Shown here piece after piece: positions 56,930-64,000 of a stretch of 64,000 nt of DNA. The position numbers and the translations under genes were made by a program. The notes below the pieces were generated by a model. The model was given only the letters and a program-made list of their open reading frames with translations, did not search any database and was not told where the DNA came from. Source of the DNA: Corallochytrium limacisporum Hawaii (lineage: Eukaryota > Protista > Pluriformea); NCBI GenBank assembly GCA_002811645.1, contig PDIP01000012.1, positions 187,635 through 251,634 on the forward strand, in the 5' to 3' direction. Every line of letters starts with the position of its first letter. Positions within the stretch are counted from its first letter, which is position 1.

Positions 56930-57140
56930 CTTCAGAAAACGGACAGTGCGCAGTTGCACGTTGCCACTGTCACGCAAAGGGCCACTGTGGCAATATCTCA
57001 GTCAACACCAGTATGCGGTGATGAGCACACTCCATTGTATCGAAAAGAGCCGTTGGCCGGTCCTATATCTCTCCTTGGGAAATGGTGGCCCTGACATTGG
57101 AGCTTGAAATGTTTCTCCGGCGCATACGAAGAGAGGCATG
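56930..57140 (-). pseudogene. Decayed partial tandem copy of the DUF4258-like gene
   Basis: Collinear with 55960-56215 (shared CTTCAGAAAAC, CGGTGATGAGCACACTCC, TCCTTGGGAAAT). Translates HASLRMRRRNISSSNVRATISQGEI* and SVLITAYW with an internal deletion. Confidence 0.85.
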
Positions 57141-57325
57141 GCTGTCTTTTTAAAACTTCACCAATAATTGGTTAATTTTTGTCGTAGAATCCATATTGAC
57201 TGACAGTCTTTGGCCTGACGAGGTTTGTTTCCGTATGTTACTTTTCAGGACATGTTGCTGTCTCAGACCGCACATGCCAAAGCAGCTGACTTCCCTTTCG
57301 TTGTGCCCCCGGAGACTCGGCTCGG

Positions 57326-57426
57326 TCCCGCGCCCACAACTTTTGGACTAACCTCCCCCCTTTTTCGTTGGCAGTCTCCGATCCCGCGCCCACAACGTTT
57401 GCACTAACCTCACCATTTTCGTTGGC
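57326..57426. repeat. Two-copy direct repeat, period 56 bp
   Basis: TCCCGCGCCCACAAC...ACTAACCTC...TTTTCGTTGGC at 57326 and 57382. Confidence 0.85.
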
Positions 57427-59187
57427 CTACCCCGTAGACGGCGTCACGGTTATCAGCACCAGGCACACATGGAGACAAATGGCCCGCACCCCCGGCCAAA
57501 CGACAAACGTTTTCTACTGATCTCGGAGACAACACATATGTGCCTGCCTGAAGGGGTTCTGCGCCGCCGGGGTCGCCAAACAGATTCCGGCAAAATCAAA
57601 ACTGGCCAACACTCCGATAAATGAGCCAAGGTGCCCACCCGTACTTGACACCTAGGCAGTTTGCTGCCTGCGCAAAAGTTTATGATTAGATATATCGGGT
57701 TGTGATGGGCCGGGCAACCAGCAATCCAAAGGGACACAGATTTGCTGCGGTTGATGAATTGGGCGACGGTGAACGTGCTCTTTGACATACGGGGGCAGAT
57801 GGCTTTGGGCCAAAATGTCCCCAAATGAATCCGCGAACCTTTCTCAACCCGCAGGACGCAAGGTCCAGGGTACTACTGCTCCCAGCAGGCCCCCCATTTG
57901 CTTGCGGACGCCAGGCACTTCAAGGCATGTTGAGCGTTGAAATGAGGGCAAACTCAGGGGCTTCAACCTGGCCAAGTGGTGATGTGTTGAGGTGGCTTGT
58001 TTGAGTGTGTTTTGATCGTGCAGGATGAACACCTAAACCTCCAAGCGATCTCCTGCCGTCACCCAGGGGAGCGATTGCCATTTCGGGGTGGGCGACGACG
58101 AAGCTACGCACGGGGGATTCTCCGGTAAGGGCCGGGCGCCAAAGGACACGGCGGGCAAGCTGACGAAGTATAGCCATCCCCGGCGAAGGGTTTTCGTCCG
58201 AACCTTTGGGGTGTTTTGCGGGTTTTCAGTATGCGTGAGGGAGGGAGGGGGCTCCCCTGGCCCCCCCGGGGGAGGGGGGGACAGGGCACCGTTGCTCTAC
58301 CACCAAAAACTTTCTATTCTTTTCTTTGCAAAAGCTTCTTATAGAGAGAGGCCTTTTTCTTTCTGGGCGCCCAAGGGGGGAGTTTCTTGTTTAGCTCTGT
58401 TTTTGGTTCTTGCTTGGTACAATTTTTATACTAACATTTCTTCCTACTGTGCTATACTTGGATAAGAGCAAGAAGAAATTAAAAAAGAGAAAAATACAAA
58501 ATCGCCGAAATCAGCGGAAAGAGGGGCCAAAGAAAGGGGGGGGGGAGAGAGAGCAGCCAGCTGCTCTTTGCTGGCCTTCACGCCACCACCGGTACGGGGG
58601 TAGGGGGAGGGAGAATCAAAATAAAGGGCCCGAAGCACTTGCCGCCCCTCCCCTCCCCCTTTCCCAATCAATCGAAGATGTTAATATGCGTACTCGCGAT
58701 CAGGCTGACGTGGGTACCGATTGGGGAAACGCGGGTTCGTTGGTAGTGGTCGACTGTGAGTGGACACATTTTATGAAATATTTCATTATAGTGGAATTAT
58801 GGCAATAGTTTTGTGTAGCGAGGGCTGTACAGGGTCTGCGCCATTCGGCGTACGATTTCTTGTTCCGCACCCGAGGACCGATGGGTCCCGGGGCGGCGGG
58901 GGTAGCAGGCAAGGCAACCGGCAAGGAGGCCCGACCGTGACTTGGCCGAAGGCGCCGGGCAACGAAGGACCATACCAAGAGTCATTCCATCGGTCTCAAA
59001 TTAGAAGCGTACTCTGCAGTCCTTGAAGATCAGTAGCAGTGAGTTGTATGTAATCAACGGGAATGAAATGAAGAGGTATAATGGTTCGGGAAATCCCGTT
59101 GTCACGCGGATTACAAAGACAGCGTTTGAGGACTTTGAGATCGAAAAAGATAAGTAAACACAAAACTGGCTTCCCCAAGCACACGAC

Positions 59188-60624
59188 ATGCGATGTCAAA
59201 GTGCCAGGGTTATCATTGCGGCCGCGATGGCAACGTTGACATCCCCCGTCTTTTCAAGCTCCTTCATGTACATAAACCGGGCTGCTATTGTTGATGATGA
59301 AGAATTGGGTGCGGGTCAAATTGTTGTGAGCAGAAATATTCAAAAGTTCATTGGTTCACTCACATGGAGCTCCGACTCAGACGATTGGTATGGTGATGGC
59401 CGATCTGCACCACTTCCTGAAAATGGGGTAGAAGAACCGTACAACGGTACCACTGTTCTATTCCCTCGGAGCGGATTTGTGCAATTGAACTTAACAGACA
59501 CCCCCGAAGACGACTGTGATGGGGTGGGAGGTCAGTTGGATCTTACTTTTGACAGGTCCTCATCAGTCTCGTTAACATTCGATGTCTTGTTCTTCAAGGA
59601 AAAAGATCAGTGTTACTTCAAGTTTACTCAGTACGAGATGTCCCCGCAGGATCCCAACAATCCGCAGCCCTTGCCGGAGGTTGACTTGACAGGCTTTACA
59701 CATGCATATCACTCGGCCACCGGGCTCAATGATCCCGTGGCTGTCCTGTCTAGTTGCAGGTCTGATGATTTCCAAAAGGATAAGGGCTGTCCTCACGTGT
59801 CCTGGAATGCAATGGACCATGCCCTCGGAAACATTCCCTTCAGTGGATACGTTCTCGGATCAGACGTATTTTTCCATTTTGTGGAATTCGTGAACAACGC
59901 ATCTTTGTCGGCTGGGAATATCTATTTCAGTGAAGACTCTAATGGGTTGTATCCCAAGAACACATACCCATTCCCAGCCACCCTAAGCTCTGAGATTGGT
60001 CATATCAATACCAAGTTTCTAGATGAAGACCGTCTAGACTACTTGGAAACGAATAAGAACCAGACTATCACCTATGCCTTCGACGATGGCATGGGAGAGA
60101 TTGTGGTTCATGTACACTACGTAAAAAGTGCCGAAGGCGAGGTAGACGGAGTCAATATTGACGGTCTGGAAGTGCATTCGGAGGCTATTACCAGAGACAA
60201 GGATATCACAGTAGTCTATACCATGCCATTATCAGCCCCCTTTTTTGACATTCCAGGTACTGCAATAGCGTCTCAGGTCAGTGTATGCTATTTGGACGAC
60301 TACAAGGAAAACTGTGGTTGTATTGCTAACCAGCATAAGTACGTAGTGGATGGATTCAACGTGCCCAGTCTGTCCTGCGACCGTCCCCAGACGCAATTAC
60401 CGGAGCCTCAAGGCAGAGCATCGACTCTCAGTGGCGCAGTTGCCGCTATCATCGGCGTCTCAATCGTAGGCCTGGGCATCATTCTTGGCCTCGCCTCTTG
60501 TATAATATTCTACCGCTGCCCTCGTACTTCACTTTCCAACGAGTCGACTTCTGACGAATCACTTGAAGACCAATCGTCAATCGAATGTCGTTTTGCTCGA
60601 TCTACGTCGCTTGGGAGCTCTTAG
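59188..60624 (+). CDS. Orphan type-I membrane glycoprotein, 478 aa
   Basis: Signal peptide, acidic beta-rich ectodomain with N-x-S/T sites (NGT, NLT, NAS, NQT), TM AVAAIIGVSIVGLGIILGLASCIIFY and a Ser-rich tail. Confidence 0.85.
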   Translation: MRCQSARVIIAAAMATLTSPVFSSSFMYINRAAIVDDEELGAGQIVVSRNIQKFIGSLTWSSDSDDWYGDGRSAPLPENGVEEPYNGTTVLFPRSGFVQLNLTDTPEDDCDGVGGQLDLTFDRSSSVSLTFDVLFFKEKDQCYFKFTQYEMSPQDPNNPQPLPEVDLTGFTHAYHSATGLNDPVAVLSSCRSDDFQKDKGCPHVSWNAMDHALGNIPFSGYVLGSDVFFHFVEFVNNASLSAGNIYFSEDSNGLYPKNTYPFPATLSSEIGHINTKFLDEDRLDYLETNKNQTITYAFDDGMGEIVVHVHYVKSAEGEVDGVNIDGLEVHSEAITRDKDITVVYTMPLSAPFFDIPGTAIASQVSVCYLDDYKENCGCIANQHKYVVDGFNVPSLSCDRPQTQLPEPQGRASTLSGAVAAIIGVSIVGLGIILGLASCIIFYRCPRTSLSNESTSDESLEDQSSIECRFARSTSLGSS

Positions 60625-61095
60625 TCTCGTTTCACGCATTACCGGCCAAGCTCAGGATGATGACAACCTTGCGCTATTGCGTTGTGTAGGGTGTCCGTTG
60701 TCTACCCGTGCTCACTTCCACCGTCCTCCGCGTCGATTGTTGGACAAGAGAGCTATAGCAGAACAAACAGATTGCCTGTTCAGGAAGGAGCCAGCCCTTC
60801 ACTGGTAAGCCGAGAATGCATGCCAAATATTTTCCTTCATTCAGTATAGAGAAGCCACTTATCTCTCTGCACCATCACCCTCCCTAGAACTTTTTATTTT
60901 TTCTTCCTTTGTTAATACGGGTACCCGAGATCCAGGGAGTACCCACAATTCTCGGTTACCCACTATTCTCGGTCCTGGGTGCCAGTGCCTCGATGGTCAG
61001 ATGCCCTCTCACGGACGCGTGTGCATTGGCGATTTTCATCGTCTCGCAGCTCCCTACGAAAATCAAACCCCTGCCTCAAATACAAATACAACCGA

Positions 61096-61108
61096 TAGAG
61101 AGAGAGAC

Positions 61109-61139
<31 letters not shown>

Positions 61140-61156
61140 CAGAGAGAGAGAGAGAG

Positions 61157-61205
<49 letters not shown>

Positions 61206-61253
61206 GAGACAGAGAGAGAGAGCGAGACAGAGACAGAGAGAGAGACAGAGACA

Positions 61254-61322
<69 letters not shown>

Positions 61323-61461
61323 NNNNNNNNNNNNNNNNNNNNNNNNNNNNNNNNNNNNNNNNNNNNNNNNNNNNNNNNNNNNNNNNNNNNNNNNNNNNNN
61401 NNNNNNNNNNNNNNNNNNNNNNNNNNNNNNNNNNNNNNNNNNNNNNNNNNNNNNNNNNNNN

Positions 61462-61531
<70 letters not shown>

Positions 61532-61533
61532 CA
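61096..61533. repeat. (GA)n/(GAGACA)n microsatellite spanning an assembly gap
   Basis: Directly visible; Ns at 61323-61461. Confidence 0.95.
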
Positions 61534-62702
61534 GATATATATCTATATATATAGAAGATAGAAGATAGATAGATATTTCGGGGTTCACCTTTACCTCGCC
61601 GCTATTCCCGGGGAAGCCTTGGTATCGCAGTCGCACGTGAGTGGTGCGGCAGAGCTAGTGGCTCAAGCTGGCAGCACCACACTCTCTCCCTGCAGGCCCG
61701 GTGCTTGGAGAGCTGAGTGGCCGAAGTTTTCTTTTTCTGGGGGGTTGGTAGGGGTAATTTGTCGGTCACGGGCTTTTACCCACCGAAAGTCGTCGGCACC
61801 GGTATTCATTGGGTACCTTCCCGGCCACCGTGTAGGTATTGTAGTTCCATTTTCCTTTACCCACAATTTCCCAAGATGTAACGGAGTTCTTGTGGAAAAG
61901 TTTTTGGTCGGTCACCGACTTGCAGGCCTCTCCGCGTTGGAGTTAGAGATTGCGGCCCTCAGCACGCCCGGGTTGGTGACAAAAGTGTATAGGTGCGAAG
62001 GCTTAGGATAGTGCCCTTTTTCCCGTTCTGCCTTTCCAATGTATGGCCAGCTCTGAGTGGTAAGTCGTCATGTTTGCTGCACGAACAAGAGGCGCATCAA
62101 ACTCCCGTAAAAGGCAGGAAGAGCCACCCTATCCTGGTCCCCGTGAGAGGCGATCGAAAACTCACCTATCGATTATAGCGAAGTATATCACAATTCAAAA
62201 AAAAAGTTATATATATTTACTAGAGCTGTGCCAGAGAGAAAGGTGAGAGAGGGGATGTCGGCGGCGTTGGGCCACTCAGATTCGGCCTCTTGCGCACCAG
62301 TCCAGTTTCCTTTTAAGGAAGGATCTTAGTGACTGTTGTGGTGGACACGGGGCTCAAAATGATTCTCTTGCGACGAATACGCAGACCTGCGTGCACAGCC
62401 CCGGGAATCCTTGTGTCGCCGAAACCTATGGGACCACTGGTGTACAATGAGGGGAAGGGGGTCATACGATGCTTTACCCTGAACATCGTAGTGGGATCTG
62501 TGTCTGCGAATTTATGGATGCGAAAGTCTTCACATGACAGGCCGATGGACGATGGAAACAGGAGAGACAGGGGAGAAACTCACACACCGCGCCACGTACT
62601 TAAGGGAGGTATCATACAGACGATTTGTAATGGATCAAAGAAACACTATCAACACAAAACAAGCCTATACAATTACTGCTACACGAAAAACCAGCGATCA
62701 CT

Positions 62703-63782
62703 ATGAATTTGTCTAACGTTTCGACGATATCTCCCTTTTTTGTCGCTATAAAGCTATGTCTGGTCGCATCCAACTTTGTCGTCGCTGGGTTGATGATCAG
62801 CTCCGACATGTGGAAGTCAGACGGGCTCACCCACGCAGAGGAAGCTGGAAGCACTGGTCTCGGAGTCATTGGTCTTATTGGAGGCTTCGTGAGTTTTGCT
62901 TTACTCATCAGCTACGTTCTCACCACCCTGATGGAATCCGCCTCAGCTAAGGTCCAGAACTTGACCTGGAATTTCGTTCTGGGGGTCGCTTGGCTAAGTT
63001 TCTCTCTCGTCTTCGTGGTTTTATTCCTTAGCATCTATGTAGACACTCAGTTTTGGGTACCTGTGTCCTATTATGACAGCAACGGCCACCCCGATGTAAT
63101 TATGGAGAGGCACACCATCTTTTCACGCGATTTCCCAGACCATCGCAAGTACGTCAGCTGCGCTGTCTTTGGTTTCCTCTCTGTTTTCCTGTGGGCCACG
63201 GACTGTATCATTGCCAAGATCACGCTCAAGCGCGTTGTTGATCCAGAATTTGTAATCTCTGTGCACAGTCTGTCTTTCGGCTACATTGTTGTGAAAGTGC
63301 TGGTCATTGTCAGCAGCCTGATTTGCGGTGGTTTGATGGCGCATTCTCGTCTGTGGAAAAATTTCGGAGCTGGAAGTCCCAATCAGGTGGCCTCCAAAGC
63401 TGGACTCGGTATTGTCGGTCTACTGGGTGGCGCAGTGGGTTTTCTCCTTCTACTCTCTTACGTTCCCATCGCCCTAACGGGATCACCTACTGACAACAAT
63501 CAGCACAGGAAGTGCGGCATGGTGCTGTCATCTATCATGTTTGTGCTCTCAACTGTATTTTCCTTTTACTTCATTGGCGTCTACTGCTCTTCTCATTGGC
63601 AAGATGGTGAGCATGGATATGAATTTTGGTGGGACACTACCATCTTCGCGAACCAATATCCAGGTCACGCCACGTACATTGCTATTGCTGTCCTCGGCCT
63701 CTTCTCTAGCGTCCTCTGGGTCGTAGACATCTGCCTGACCTACACTCGCACTGGTTTTGTTGACTTTAAGGACCCGGTGTAA
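62703..63782 (+). CDS. Eight-TM protein made of two tandem MARVEL-like 4-TM repeats
   Basis: The two halves align (GLMISSDMWK/GLMAHSRLWK; GLGVIGLIGGFVSFALLISYV/GLGIVGLLGGAVGFLLLLSYV; TIFSRDFPDH/TIFANQYPGH), each ending in a MARVEL-like AVFGFL..FLW..D. Confidence 0.8.
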   Translation: MNLSNVSTISPFFVAIKLCLVASNFVVAGLMISSDMWKSDGLTHAEEAGSTGLGVIGLIGGFVSFALLISYVLTTLMESASAKVQNLTWNFVLGVAWLSFSLVFVVLFLSIYVDTQFWVPVSYYDSNGHPDVIMERHTIFSRDFPDHRKYVSCAVFGFLSVFLWATDCIIAKITLKRVVDPEFVISVHSLSFGYIVVKVLVIVSSLICGGLMAHSRLWKNFGAGSPNQVASKAGLGIVGLLGGAVGFLLLLSYVPIALTGSPTDNNQHRKCGMVLSSIMFVLSTVFSFYFIGVYCSSHWQDGEHGYEFWWDTTIFANQYPGHATYIAIAVLGLFSSVLWVVDICLTYTRTGFVDFKDPV

Positions 63783-64000
63783 GGTGCCTCCCAACCTAAG
63801 AACAATAAACACTTTTGTATCAACTCCAAACTATGTAAAGATGATCTGCATCGGTGGGTCCGTGCATGAAACGTAGGAACACAGAAGATGGAGGACTCCT
63901 CCCCATCTTTGCGTGGTATTTGACCCGGTGACGGCAGCTGGAACCAAGAGTTGGCAAGGGAAAGAAGAAATGCCTCGTCACCCCCCCTCCCCCAGCCCAC

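Noticed and set aside
57453-57824. IYLIINFCAGSKL resembling a kinase hinge region
   Set aside because: No other kinase motif (VAIK, HRD, DFG) seen in the neighbouring ORF translations.
1-64000. CRISPR array, prophage or operon-type prokaryotic system
   Set aside because: The sequence is eukaryotic; no repeat-spacer array or cas/phage genes seen.

Overview
Gene-dense eukaryotic nuclear scaffold with three N-gaps (481-696, 11617-12519, 61323-61461). Almost every coding sequence is a single uninterrupted exon, including 4.4-kb ELP1, yet yeast-like splice signals recur just upstream of start codons. Animal-like genes (NAT16-, DNAJC4-, tandem-MARVEL-like) together with a cysteine synthase suggest an intron-poor unicellular opisthokont such as Corallochytrium; this is inference only. 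Recognisable genes: PBDC1-like, HMBS, ACADM, NAT16-like GNAT, THUMPD1, GNL3/Nug1, AHA1, cytochrome c, cysteine synthase, C1-THF synthase, an HSL-family esterase, an IQ-DH-PH-HR1 RhoGEF, a frameshifted ZIP4/TEX11, a DNAJC4-like J-protein and ELP1, plus several orphan membrane or secreted proteins. Most notable: (1) a membrane-anchored DUF4258-like putative RNase-toxin gene with a decayed tandem copy; (2) a complete plant-type mariner with perfect 31-bp TIRs, DD44D spacing and a coiled-coil tail; (3) a meiotic ZIP4/TEX11 split by a +1 frameshift; (4) candidate introns confined to 5' leaders, one of which may switch C1-THF synthase between mitochondrial and cytosolic forms. All family assignments are by eye from motifs, not from database searches.
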